Shown piece after piece: positions 34,706-48,769 of a stretch of DNA of 64,000 nucleotides; the stretch's first letter is position 1; each line of letters starts with the position of its first letter. Below the pieces are notes generated by a model. That model ran no database searches and was not told the DNA's origin. It saw only the letters and a program-made list of their open reading frames with translations. Position numbers and translations under genes: made by a program. This DNA comes from Bigelowiella natans CCMP2755 (taxonomy: Eukaryota; Protista; Cercozoa). The stretch spans positions 1 to 64,000 of the forward strand of contig ADNK01003276.1 in NCBI GenBank assembly GCA_000320545.1, written 5' to 3'.

Positions 34706-34751
34706 ATTTAGCGCTGTAGCCGCTGCATTGCACAGCTACATATTAGGATGA
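30933..34751 (+). CDS. Multi-exon hypothetical protein made of very short exons (5' end uncertain)
   Basis: AG..GT bounded mini-exons between microsatellite introns: AFNAVSSIIDKL, EMWQKEYSDLVQNVAVRLSAK, YQHWPSQLLISSFL, GEDFQTFRQSLGAIPLL, GQKLQGALTN, FSDYATAVCD, AVAAALHSYILG*. Confidence 0.5.
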
Positions 34752-34918
34752 CCATTGGAAAAATTTAAATATTTCATTACACCCGTCTCATATATCACTA
34801 TGTCTATAAATGCACGTGCATCGCGATATTATTTGCGTAGGTAAAATATTGATTTTATCAAAAATTGAGATTTTGTGAGGTGTGATAGCACTCCGAGCTT
34901 CGGTCCGGTGTAAAGTGT

Positions 34919-35896
34919 TTACAGGAAGAGGAAATCTTTTCCTCCAGGAGAATCGAGACGAACCTTCAGATCTTCATACGGCCTGTGATACAACATAAAA
35001 TATAACTTTCGAATTATTACTTATTCTGACAAATAATGCACGCCATGATGGGCCATCATCATCAGTTATCATTCGTCAGTAATCCTAACCTGTAGTCGCC
35101 TAGAAAAAGCTGAGAATTAGGTTTCTTGGTCCCACATTTCGAGCATTCCGTAGCCTTCACATCGCACACAACGCCACAATGCTCGCATATCCAGCTGCCT
35201 GGATAAACCCATAAGATCATCAAATAATTATTGTTGTATCAATGTATTGATATATGTTTCAAGAAATAGCATCCCAAACGTGCGTGTGCATGGGCAAGGG
35301 TTTTTGTTGCCCCCCCCCTCCCCCACCCTCCTCTTTTCACACACAAATAAATCCTTATATTAGACCTCATTTCATGATTATCATAATTTATATAACACAG
35401 TATTGTACTCCGATTATTGTGAATATAATACACGTCGATGATTCACCTTCCCTAAGACCAAAAGGTACCCTTGGACGATAAAGAATCGATAGATGCGCTC
35501 TGCAGTATAATAGTAAACAATATACACAATAACAACACACGTATATTATAATGTTCTTCTTTCAGTGATCATCTATCATTATATTATAATATATTCGTCG
35601 TCGTCATCAATATTACACATCAATTGATTCAGATGCGGAAAGATCCAGATGATGCCTATAGTCCTCCCAAGGGCTTTTAGTGGTAGGATACACGATAGCA
35701 GCAGTAACAACAACACAAGAAGTAGTAGTTAGGTTGAAGAGATAGATAACATTATCACTTCCATCATTCTTTCATGAATCAATAGATCAACAATACTATT
35801 GCAAATGATATTAACTTAAAAAAAAAAACAAAAATCAATCTATACAATAAAACAAGAAATCAACACACAAGAAAAACCCTTTCACCATCAAAAAAG

Positions 35897-35932
<36 letters not shown>

Positions 35933-36715
35933 TCAACTGTTGGCGTATATTCGTCGTCATCATCGATGTAATCGCAAAAGCAGTAGTAGTTGACTAGTAG
36001 TTGGTACCTGAAATCTCCGATGTAGACAGGTAGATTCGGTCTGCTAATTTGACATTTTTTGCAATTGGAGAACTTTGGTCTCCACAAGATACCGCAATCT
36101 GGACACATCCAATGCCCTGTTGTGTATACATATATTGATTGTGTAAGTAGTAGTAGTAGTAGTAGTAGTAGTAGAAGAAGAAGAAGAAGAAGAAGAAGAA
36201 GAAGAAAGACACATATTATTATTATTATTATTGTTGTTATTTGTATCGTAGCTACCCATCCCATTGCCATCATATTGCCATACTAACTTTCATCAATTTC
36301 ATTTCTTCTTCTTCTTCTTCTTCTTCTTCTTCTTCTCCTTCTCAGTATAAATCATCACTATCATCTTTGGCTAATCATCACCATCCGTTAATTTACTATA
36401 TCCTCTATCCAAACAAATCTTAGCATTAGTAGTAATATAAATAGTCTCACAAATTATTCATAATCCACCACCACTCAACTACTACCCTTTTTTCTCAATC
36501 TCCTTGGAAGAAGGGGGCGGTAAAGAGCAGCTAACCGAGCGCTGATGATAATTAATTACATAACATCATACACACGATTTTAAAACAGGCAGTTGGTAGA
36601 TAGATGATAACAAACGGCAAATCAGTGAACAACGACGACAACAAACAGCAGAATATATGTAAACATCATGAATTATGTTTTATTGATGATTGATGATGGG
36701 GAAAAGAATCAACGG

Positions 36716-36762
<47 letters not shown>

Positions 36763-38051
36763 ATGTGTGTGTGTGTGTGTGGTGTGTCCAAGGAGGAAAG
36801 AAGAAAACAGACGACGACATTGCAAGGGAGGGGATTTGTTGAAATTGGATGATTATTATTTGTTGATTTTGTTGATTGGTTGAAATATTGGATGATTATT
36901 ATTCGTTGATTTTGTTGATTGGTTGAAATATTGGATGATTATTATTCGTTGATTTTGTTCATATGTATAGGTATCAAGGTCATTAGTAGATCATTAGTAA
37001 AGTACATATACAATCGTTGGTTTGCTTATTAAATGAGATGAGAATATCTAATCTTCTTCGTCTATACAGTGCTATTTGGTTGGCGCAAGCAGTAGAGAAT
37101 AAACGAGGAGAGAGAAGAGAAGAAGTATTCATGAGCTCCTCCTCATCCACATGATGGAATGGATGATCATTAAAAGGGTGCGGAGCGTGATGTGAGTAGT
37201 GATTATACTTACTGAACGAAAACACGACTCTTGTGCATCTCTCCAAGCTCATGTGATTCCAACATAGCGCTCACATTTGGTCTATTTCCGCTGTTCAGTC
37301 GCACCTTTTGGTACGATATCAATCATGTTCAATCACGTTGAGTCGCACCTCCTTTTGGATTAATCAATCATTTTAATCTCTAGAAGAAGAAGAAGAGGGA
37401 GAAAACAACCAAGAACAAGAAAATCATCAAACCTTTGCTAATTTTTCCTCTATTTTCATAGGACATTTGCGCCAAGGGTGGCCTGAATTTGCACGTGTTT
37501 ATTATAATGACACAGCAGAAACCAAAGAACAAAGACTAACGACTAACGATGACACTATTGAATTGTTATTGGGTAATAACAACACAATGCAGCAGCCATA
37601 ACTACTTGAATAATGTGTTGATAAAATAACTTGAAACCACAAGTAGTTAGGAAATACATGGAGGAGGGCCACCTTTTCTACTACAGTATCTGCAAATTCG
37701 TTCTGAAAAGGAGTAGTAAGTAATTCAAAATCATCGTGAATAATAATCCAGTAGCAGCAGTTGTTAATGGTTTTGATGTAGTAGTGTACCTGCCCAATCT
37801 TTTGGAAAGGAAGGAAGCTGTTTCTTCCGCGGCTGGTGGTGGTGGTATGGTATTAGAGGAGTAATCATCATCATAGGAATTAATATTATTGTCACCCCCC
37901 CTCTCCTTGATACTTTCTTCTTTAACGTCAACAAACAATATTCATGACTAAATACCGATACGTCGAGATCCGGCAAATCATCAGGGTCCTCGATGTACTT
38001 CTCTGGAAGTAACTGAAATCACCAAATAAAAAGCAGGCACATAATAACGTA

Positions 38052-38107
<56 letters not shown>

Positions 38108-38131
38108 GGTGGGGGGGGGGGGGAAGTAGGG

Positions 38132-38179
<48 letters not shown>

Positions 38180-38888
38180 AACAACAAACGTAGTAATTCA
38201 TAATGCACCACCTGACGCATGCTCTCATCAACATCGTAATCACTCCCCGAAAACTTTACATTCCCGTCCTCGTCAAATATATCCGAGAAATTCTCTTGCT
38301 CATCAGCATACAAATCCTCGTATTCGCTGTAAAAGATTAATCGATAGCGTTCCAAGATTGGTTAATTTTTGTGATAGATGAAAAAAAGGAAGATCAAATG
38401 TGAAATTGAAACAATTCATTCGGTAGTCGTAGCAGTATTTCCTTGTGGTACTAATACTACGGGGATATAGAAACACATGGAGGAGGTAAAAGTAGAAGCT
38501 CATTAATAAGGCTAATGAACTTGACTACTGGAATCCTCCTCCTCCTCCTGTTCGCAACTATGTATGACTGTAGGGTTGTAGAACACACGCAAGCTGCTGG
38601 TGATGTGACTTACGACCCGTGCTTCTCTGCGTTCATGTCTTCTGGCCTGATGCCATAATCACTCCTTCCCAAAAGCCTTTCTCTAATCCTCTTTCCACCC
38701 CTTAGACCTCTTAGCATACGTCTTATTCTTCCACTACGGCGAGGGAGGAGAGCTTCCGACTCCCCCGTTCCATCGTTTGGACTTGACCATGATTCCCCAA
38801 TCGCCTGCCCAGTTCTCTTAGGAGAGCAGGATGCAATCACAAGGAGAAAGCTGACGAGAAGGGCCGAAGGACCTGGTCCGTCAGCCAT
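34919..38888 (-). CDS. Signal-peptide + LRGG presequence protein with two RanBP2-type zinc fingers
   Basis: N-terminus MADGPGPSALLVSFLLVIASCS..RRMLRGLRGG. Exons GHWMCPDCGILWRPKFSNCKKCQISRP and GSWICEHCGVVCDVKATECSKCGTKKP (W-x-C-x2-C-x10-C-x2-C). Last exon PYEDLKVRLDSPGGKDFLFL*. Confidence 0.75.
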
Positions 38889-39937
38889 AGCACCCTTTTC
38901 ACGGTGGGTAAATCACGGAGGGGGGCAGCACTACTACCAGATTACATGCTGCGACAAAGGAAAACAAACCATTTACTAAATTATTGCCCTACAGTAAAAC
39001 TAATAGGAAATCCATTTTATATTAAATATACGACAAAAGGGAAGGAAAAATTATAGCAAAAATATCCTCAAATCTCACTTGTAGCCCTAATACTATGTCT
39101 TTCAAGGTGAACATCACGAAATTTTGTTATCATTGAAAAATGCTGCCCCGCTGCCCCTAACTGGCGACCGTTGGAAATTCGCAAGCTAGATCATGTTTTT
39201 CCTATTTATTTAGCTACGACATCAATAAGAAGCATCATTAGTGAAGAATTTAAGGACTACTCACTTTGGCGACAAACTACGGTCAAATTACACCAGATTT
39301 CCTTTTTTGCCGAAAGTGATACTAAAATCTAAAATTAGAGGTTGTATCTCGTATGAATTTAGCCCTTTGATTCATTATTACCAATAAATGGCATTACAAT
39401 CGATTCTACGTTGGATGGGCATATTCCGATCATTGGGTAATAGGATCGGCCAGCCTCTTGGTCCGTCACCCCTACTTCTGGAACAAAAGCTAGCTAGATT
39501 CTTCGGCAAAGGGAGATACATTCGTCGTGTAAAGGCGATGTAAATGTCCCCACTCTCAATTTAAAATAAAAGTTCTTCTTGGTTTATGGAATACTCTTTG
39601 CTCTGTTTCGTCATCGGATGAATGATCTTTAGTTAAATTTAAGAATAATCCAAATGTGTGTGGTGGAGCGCATGTTTTACCCCCGCATTCTCGAGCTGAT
39701 TACTGATTTTCCGTTTCATTAGGTCAAGGTTCAGCAGCAGCATCCAGAGGAAACCGTGAGAAAATTATCTGAGAAATTTGGTGACCACTCGATGGTCATT
39801 GCGGTGTGCCCAACCTCTCTATAAGCGAAGAACATCAGGAGTAGGGAGATTGGTCGCCTGCTGTGGACAAAATATTTTGCATTAAATCTCTTATTTTGTT
39901 GATATAAGAATTTAAGACTGGCTAAAAAAAAGTGTAA

Positions 39938-41209
39938 ATGTCAGAAACAGTGCGACTGATACCACAGCAGAGACAGCAGCACCATCATCGGCAGCATTGT
40001 CGCTCTCGTCGTAGTAGCGTTCGAGGATCATTCGTTCTATACCTACGACTAGTGTGTATTTCTATCGTGATTACTATCCTTTCATGCATAAAATCGCCAT
40101 TTGTAGCGAACACAAACGACTCGGCGGGTAATTATGAGCTTGCTGCTGAGACCAGGACAGCAGTAGCAGCAGCAACAGCAGTAGTAGCCTCATGCCCGAG
40201 AAGGGGGAGGAGGACCCTAGTTTCTAGACTAAGAGGGGGGGGTGGAGGGGAGATCCTAAGCAGCAGCCGAAAGAGACGAAGCGACCACTCGAATGAGGTA
40301 TAGTACATTAGAATATGCCTACTACTAGCACATGGATATCATGAACAACACCAGCTTCTTGTTCCCTGTTCCAGTTGTATTATTATTTAAGAGAGGAGGG
40401 TTTCAGACATGGGTTATTTATTTTTATCATCGAGTTATTATCTATTACGTGATTTTATTTGTTGAATGAATCATAAAGAGGGGAGGGAAGTGAAGTTATT
40501 ATTTTGAATCTAAGTCGAGCAATGTAGTAGTATGAATCAGTATAGATGATGATCTGCTGATAAAGAGACTAACAAATTGTATTAGTGGTAGTAGCAGTAA
40601 TACCGAATATAATCTTGGTTCTCACCAAAAAAATATCGATGGATTCGTTCCTTGCTCAGAGGCGAGAGGAATTCGAGAAGCGAATTGCACAAGAAGACGA
40701 CGATGACGATGAAAGCTGCGCGCGGTCAAGGGCACAAAGTGAGGCAGACAGCACTACTAACTATCGAGGGGGGGGTCTTCTTCTTCTTCTTTCTCCCAAC
40801 ACTAACCTCAATCATTGCTTGCTTAATAGCACTAGTAACTATCATTACTGTTATGATTATTTATAATATTATTATGATAATACTTTATTTTTATGCAGGT
40901 CCCGGAAGATTTGAGCGTTGTGATGAGGTGACTATGGGTAGTAGTTGTTAATAGTAAATGGAGTAGGATTGGAATCATCATCATTAAAATTATTGTAAAA
41001 ATAAGGTGGTAGATAGCGGTATCATCATCATCATCATCATCATCATTATACATCTTCCTTTATCTATCTTCTTGTCGTCATCATAGCATGTATTAATTTG
41101 TTATTATTGCTACTAATATACTACTACTATTTTAACTACTACTACTACTACTCCTCCTTAGGCACAATTAGTGAGGCGCCGCCGTGTGAGAGCTCTCAGG
41201 CGTCGACGG

Positions 41210-41243
<34 letters not shown>

Positions 41244-42122
41244 AAGTAGTAGTAGTAGTTGAAACTCGTATGCACAGTAATAGTGCAAATAAAAAGTGAT
41301 ATCATCATCGTCCTAAATGCACACGAAAAGGACTTTTTGTCGTATTATTCGTTCTTGTGATCATCGTCGAATAATTATATACCAGATTCCTATTGGCGAG
41401 GTCCCTTTAGCTGCTACTGCTGATGATGATGTAAGGAGAAGAAAAGAGAGGAGAGACAGCAGCAGATTTATCAATTCGACATACATCATTTGTGATTTGT
41501 CAAATAATTGATTCCCATGATGGATGATGATGATGATGATGATGATGAGGAGGAGGAGGAGGATTGCTCCTAGAGATTAATCAAATGTTGAGGATGATCA
41601 TAATTATATTCATACTTTAGGAGGCGGCGTTGTCTTCTTCTAAGACAATCAATCCGTTTGATCAGATAAAGTTAGAAGCAAGGAAGCCAGTAGTAGTTAA
41701 AAATAACAATATTGATCAACAACCTACTACGACACCCTCTTCTGCAGCACCACCACCAGTAGTAGTACCAGCATCAACCTCTAAGACTGCTGCTGCTGCT
41801 GCTGGTGCTGCTGCTACTACTACTACTTCCTCCTCCGCCACGAAGAAGAAGTCGTCGGTAGTAGTAAAGTCGACGACGAACAAGGCCCCAACACAAGAAG
41901 CAACAACAACGAAGAAGAAGAATGGTGGTGATGGAAACCGCTCATCAAAGAAAGGGGCAATACTGGAATCTACGCACCCGCCGACCTCAGCATTAACAGC
42001 AACAACAACAGTGGTTCAGAAGAAAAGAGGTAGAAGTAGTAGTAGTAGTGGTAGTAGTACTAGTGCAAGTAGCAGTAGTAGTAGTAGCAGTAGTAACCCC
42101 ATCACCAGCACTGAGAGAAGTA

Positions 42123-42158
<36 letters not shown>

Positions 42159-43630
42159 TGTAATATACGATTCAAAATTTCTAAGCATGGTGCAATAATA
42201 AACAGGGCGACCGCCAAGCTCTGGTAAGAAGACATCATCATTGCCCCTAGAAAATACTACTTCTACTACTACTACTACTGCTGCTACTACAAAACACCCC
42301 TCCTCCTCCTCCGCCTTGGTAGCAGCAGGAGAGGAGGAGGGGGATGATCAGGGAATGAGGGACGAAAATGGCGGCGACGACAACTCTAGCAGTCCTCGTA
42401 AGAAGAAGGCAGCAACAACAACAGCAGGGGGAGGGATCAAGAAGCACCATCACGACAACAATAGAAAGAAGAAAGAGGTTAGTGCTAGTATCACGATAAC
42501 TACCGTGGTTAGTTGATGTTATAAAGGATTGAATTCATCATATCATCCTATATTATTACATGGATTTTGGAGAAGAAGAAGATAAAGATCATGCTTGGTA
42601 TTTGATGCCCTGCTAGTTACAGTAGTGGGTGGGTGGTTGGTTATTTATTGTCTTACGTCGTTGTCGTCGTCTTTCTTCATCATATAGCGAGGAGGAGGAG
42701 GAGGAGGAGGAGGAGCGAAGGCTGGGAATGAGTCAAAAGTAGCTGCAGCAGCAGTAGACGGAATCATCCTTCCTCCTAGTGCAGATCATCCTGTTGATAA
42801 GTCGTCGTCTAAGTTCACATTCCGAGGCAGTTTCTCCATTGGAAATGTAACAGCAGCAGGGGCAGAATCGAAGGTTGACGATGCAAGAAGGAGGAGAAGG
42901 CGCAGAGGTAGCGTAGTAGTTGATAAATTATGATGATGATGATACAAATTTCGTCAAGTGGCGTCTTATCATATTGAAAGAATAAGTTGTAATAGATATA
43001 ATCTTATAGTCAAGCGTCAGTACACATCTACACCACTACACTAATGTATACTATCTCCAAAAAACATGGTTGTTTTTGTTGTTGTTGTTGTTGTTGTTAT
43101 TGTTGTTGTTGTTGTTGTTGTTACTGTTAATTGATCTCTTCTATTACTACGCGATACTACAGGGCGGAGAGCAGCTGCTTTGGTAGCAGCGTCGGCAGCT
43201 GCTGCTGCTGCAAACTCAAATCCCGGTGCAAGTTCCGGGTAGTAAGTAGCAGCAGTAGGAGTGAATAATAGAAATGCTAGATATGGTGGTTCCATCTCTC
43301 TCTCCCTCTCTCTCTTCCTCCCTCTTTGTGCTGATGTTTCTTCTTCTAATGTACTCATCGTCTTTATTCATTTGGAATGGTGTGATAGTGGTGAATCGTC
43401 ACGAGAGTTCAATCAATCATCACTGTGTAGATAGTAGACAAGCATCATACTCAATGATTCACCTAAATCAAAGTGAGTTGTAGTTCCTACTAACTGCTCT
43501 ATGTATCTTCTCGGTGCTATATCATCATAGGTCTCTCATTGCCACAATAGCGAGATATGCAACCACTGCTGCACAGTCATTCTCTGAGTGGTACTTGCGT
43601 TTTTGTGGTGGTGGGGGTAATAGTAGCTGA
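39938..43630 (+). CDS. Low-complexity basic protein with signal-anchor + RLRGG presequence
   Basis: First exon has hydrophobic FVLYLRLVCISIVITILSCI then RRTLVSRLRGGGGG. Frame-consistent later exons (41620-42120, 42251-42477, 42688-42907, 43162-43238) end in SLIATIARYATTAAQSFSEWYLRFCGGGGNSS*. Confidence 0.65.
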
Positions 43631-43825
43631 GGCGACTTCTGTAAATTCGTCGATTAATACATGCCTGTTGGGTGGTAAAGTAGTTCCTATTCCAACCTCT
43701 TGGTAGTATTCTGAAGCTGCTGATTTGTGCTCATCATGCACTTTTTTGATTTTACTTTTCATTCGTATCATGCCGTTCATCGCGATCTGATGCGTAATGA
43801 TGTAATGGTGAAAAATAGTACATTA

Positions 43826-44240
43826 GCAAGATTGTGATCATTTTGTGGCAGCTCTGCGTGTCATGGTTTTCAAGGATTGTCAGCAGCAGATGCATGGGCC
43901 TGCCACTATTTTTGATGCACACACTGCGCGTAGCCGCACTACTCACCCATGCTAGTATGTGTAGCACACATGCACAATCATGCGTCATCGCACACATGCA
44001 CTGCTTTGCATGGTGAAAATGCATGCTATGACTGCAGGCGACACTTTTCACGCAGTCACATGTGATCTGATTTTGAACATGAACACTTAACCGCTCGTTT
44101 TCTGTCGTTCACGTGGCATCATCATATAATTTGAACTATAGACATGATATATACGTATGTCTATTGTTTGAATGTTTTTAATAAATGTGATGTGCGTGCG
44201 TGCATGCATGCATGCTGTGTGCGTTCACGTAGCTAGTATA
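43826..44240. other. TpA-depleted, TG/CA-rich spacer between convergent genes
   Basis: Core 43826-44120 is rich in TGCA and CATG. Residual TAs are mostly CTA or TAG. Confidence 0.75.
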
Positions 44241-44358
44241 TTCTATGTGACGACCGCCGTAGAGTTGTCGTCCTAGTAGGATATGCAGCAAGGTTGCATC
44301 ATTACAATTCGAAATACCTAGGGATAAATTAGTATTCTTATATTTCTTTCTTTTATTA

Positions 44359-44861
44359 TTAATCTCTCCTCTTTTTCGCCTCTATCGAAGCAACGCAACA
44401 GCAGAAAGCTATTACGGTAACAATAAGGTATGAGAAGACTACAGCCCAGGCTGTTAGAACCATTTGCCAAACGTGATCAACGGAGTCACTTCGAGGCTCA
44501 AAAATCAGGGTCAGAGTTCCCGCAATCAGCATTACTAGTGCGATTAAAGTGAGAGAAAATACGGAAGCTACCACATCGTGAGTGCCACTGATAATAAACA
44601 ACATATGGCATTGATCAGTATCAATATTTGGTCTCGCCAAAACATTCACCTAATTAAAATAGCTCCTCCACTTACAGTCCGAGCGCCTTCAACAAAAACA
44701 AAGAAAACTAGAAATATCTTCACGAAGAAAGGTAAATCGCTTGAGTAGCACGTTGCCCCCCACCACCCGAATATTGCTGCTCCTATGCTGCAGCTAAAAA
44801 GTAACGCTGGTAAAGGTGCAAGAAGAAATCGTAGTTGGTGGTTGAACGCCACCTTTCCCAT
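44359..44861 (-). CDS. Small multi-pass membrane protein (158 aa, two exons, 26-nt intron)
   Basis: Exon 44861-44676 (62 codons) joins exon 44649-44359 in frame after removing GTAAGT..TTAATTAG (44675-44650). About four hydrophobic segments, Cys cluster and basic tail. Confidence 0.75.
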
Positions 44862-45090
44862 TTGGTTTCGATGGTTGAGTGGAGGTGTGGGGCAGGTGGT
44901 GTTGGTTAGTTAGTTAGTTAGTTAATCTTTTCGCGCCCTTGACTTCCCAGCTATGTTGTTACACCGAAGTGATTTTCATAGTTGTTGGTTGTGAGGTACG
45001 AGCACACGCTGTAAGCACGTGGTTGTTGTCGTTGTTTTTGTTGTTGTTGTCAGGAGTTGTTGTTGTTGTTGTTGTTGTTGTTGTCAGGAG

Positions 45091-45133
<43 letters not shown>

Positions 45134-45420
45134 GGCAATAATAATCCCAGCATAGTACCAGACTGCTACATGTGCGGATATCGACCTACGTCCATCAGGT
45201 GGTTTTCCCCCCCCTCTCTCTCCTTGCTTTCCACCTTCTTTGTGTTTGTTCCCGGATAAACAATATCCGGATGAACAATATCCACTTATCATGAAAATTT
45301 TCCCCAAAGAGTAATTTGTTTCAAATATTGCTATTGTCGCTCGCTTGTCTTCGCCGATCGTTGTAGTTGAATGACGGACGTAACACCATAGCAGGGGATA
45401 ATAGTGAAGAACCTCCTCCT

Positions 45421-47480
45421 ATGAGCCGTCCTTCTCCCAGTCCCGGGAGGTCTACTTCGAATAAAGGGAAAGATTTAGCACAGAAAATTAAGGTGATGAG
45501 TATGGGAAAGTGTGAGTGAATGATTGATCACACACCATCACATTACATATTGCTAAACAGGCCCTCCAACACGATGATCTCATCAGCCTCTGCATGCAGC
45601 AACATGCTAAGATCAAGCAGGTCAGTTGGATGATGGAGGGGAGGAGGAGGGGGAGAAGGAGGGAGGAGGAGGATGAGGAGGAGGAAGAAGAAGAGGAGAA
45701 AGAGGAGTATCATAATGGGATTTACTACTATTACTACTACTATTACGACGACGACGATAATGAAACAAGAGAGTGGAGATGACCTGATTGCTCATTCTCT
45801 ATTTACTACTAACTAGCTAAATGGATTCAAGAAACTTGCTGCGGGGTATTTGAAGAAGAATAAGGCTTTAACAGAACAGATAGCGATATTGGCGAAGAAA
45901 GAGACGAAGAAGGTGACCGCTCTCAGTGAAGACGTACTATCGGATGAAGGAGTAGTAAAAGGTGAAAAGAAGGATAAAGCAGCAGAAGAATCATCGTTGG
46001 TTGATCCTTCAGACATTACACCAAAAAGTACCGAAAATACTGCTGCGAAACTGAAGGTAGTGACCATTTTGTTTTAAAGGCTGCGCACAGTTGTTAGCTC
46101 CTATTATGTGAAATATATATTTAAAGGGGCACAGTTGTTAGCTCCTGTAATGTGAAATATATACCATGCGACTATTTGCTGCCCTCTATTTTGCAGCATC
46201 TGGTATATGGTACGATAATGATGTGGATCTTACCATCATCATCATTATTATTATTATTATTATATCCCTTTTTTGATGTAGGAGTTGCAAGATAAGAATA
46301 GGAACTTGTTGGAAAAGCTCAAGGTTTCAAACGAAGAACGTTTGCAGGAGCGTGCAGATTATACCAAAAAGGAGGCAGCAGCAGCAGCAGCAGCACAAAA
46401 GATTATAAAAGTAGTAAGTAGTAGTTGGATAATGGAGAAACATTGTATGGGAGTCAGCAATCAATAACAAATACTGACACTCATCATGCACCAATTTGCC
46501 CAGTGCTGACGACCGATGACAACAATAACAACACTTTCTACTTTTTTCAGGAAAAGAAGGACATCCAGCGTGAATACGATGAATTAAAAGAAAGATTTAT
46601 AGCATTAGAAAAATCGTTGCGAGAGGCCAAAACAGCCTTAACCAAACAAGTTCTTTGTGAAAAGAATACTGAAACAGCAAAAGCAAAAGCAGCCGGTGGT
46701 GTCAAATTTTCTACATTTCATTTTCTTGTTTCAAAAAGGGAAGAAAGGGTCTGAATAGATAGGAGAAAAATAAAAATAAGAATAAGAAAGTAAAGTAATA
46801 TTCCGCCTAAATATAGAGGGGGGGTTTAGAGCAGTCCCAAATACATTACAATAGATATTCCAAAGGTAGACTACACACACGGATAGTCGCCTCTTCCAAG
46901 CGGAGAAACGAAAACGCATATATCTAACAAAAACGTAGTGGTAGCAGTAGAATTACCAGAGGATAGGAGATTCAAGATCTCCTATGCTACTAATGCAGCT
47001 ACTACTACTACTACTACTACTACTACATCATAGCGACGATGATGGTCTGATTTGAATCCCCCTTTGCAACTGAGATGGAGCATGTAACTCCTACTCAATC
47101 AAGTGTGGTGGGAGAGCATATAGTATTATTTTTAGTTACATACTCCTATTTTGATTGATGTACTGTCGTATTATATTGTACTTGTTGTTGTATCCATCAT
47201 AGATCAAACAATCGTAAAAGAAGGAGGTACAGAAGTCGAGAGAGCGCCAATTATTAATGCGGTACCTCCTTCTTCCACCACCACCACCACCACTTCCACC
47301 ACGACGACGGCAAAAGAAGAAGAAGAAGATGAAGATGATGATGATGAAGCCCCTATGAGCACGAAGGAAAAGCTAAAAGAGGAACTCAAACGACTAAATC
47401 AACGACTTGACAAAGAGAAATCTAGACACACAAAAGTGCTAAAAGATCTTCAAATCAAAACAGATAAGGACACGCAACAG

Positions 47481-47532
<52 letters not shown>

Positions 47533-47644
47533 GGGGGGGGGGGTATGGAGATGGTTTGCATTCCGATGGTGGATAATAAGACAACACAAATGAAGAACAT
47601 TACGTTATTTTTTCGTGTAATGCGTATGTCATCATCTCATCATC

Positions 47645-47677
<33 letters not shown>

Positions 47678-48737
47678 CCTCAACAACAAATTTGCAACCA
47701 AAACAGTTTGAGTCGGAGCTAAAGGAAAAGTCAAGTAAGATACAAGAATATAGCGATCGATTGGAAGCTGCAGAGGCCAAACTCGCTAAATGTGAAGCCA
47801 CAGTCGAAGAAAAGGAAAAGGTGCTAGCAGCAAACGAGGAGGCTGCTGCTCTGGCTAGGGCAAAGGTGTTATATAGCTTCTAGTACAGTATGAGTGAGAA
47901 ATAGTGGGTGATAGGTGTGAGTAGTGCCATTTATTATATGGCTGCTGGTGTTACGTTACATGTATGAGCACTACATTCCAACAACATTAACCTCCTTCTC
48001 CTCCTCCTCCTTCTCCATCCATTTGCATCCATCTTCATGCATTCATATCAACTACCACTAAACATAGAGACTATATATGATAAATAATAATACAGATATG
48101 GTGATGATAATAATGCCTTTATCGATCATCAACCTTTCGCAGATACGTTGAAGTACATCGATTGACTGATATAATTTCACCGTCGTTGTGATTAGTTAAA
48201 ATATCCAGCACGAATGCCAACATAGTAGTTATTATGTGTCCCTTGTTTGTTTGTTTGTTGTTTGTACTTGTCATCATCACAGATAAAGGATGCAGAAGGG
48301 TTACGTGATGCAGAAAAACAAAAGTTTGAAGAGACCTTCCAACAAAACAAGTAAGTAGTAGTAGTAGTAGTAGTAGTAGATACGTTTTGTAACAATTATA
48401 TTTAAATACTGCACTTATGATCATCATCATCATCATCATCATCATCGTCATCTTCATCATCATGATCATGACAAATGATGCTGCAGAATACTCAAACGGG
48501 CTTTGCGGAAGCTACAAAAGGAGAGGGATTCTTGTAAACGACAGCTTGTTGAGGCAAAAAAGGCACAGAGTAAAGTGCATTCAATGGTAACTATATAATT
48601 GAGAATATGCGTAGCTAGAGCAGCCTCCTTAAAAACAACAACAACAACTTGAACAACAGTTATAATGTAGAGATGACAGAAGAAGCAGTCATTCATGATC
48701 ACAGAAAATAATATCAACAAAAACCACTGCTACTATC

Positions 48738-48769
<32 letters not shown>

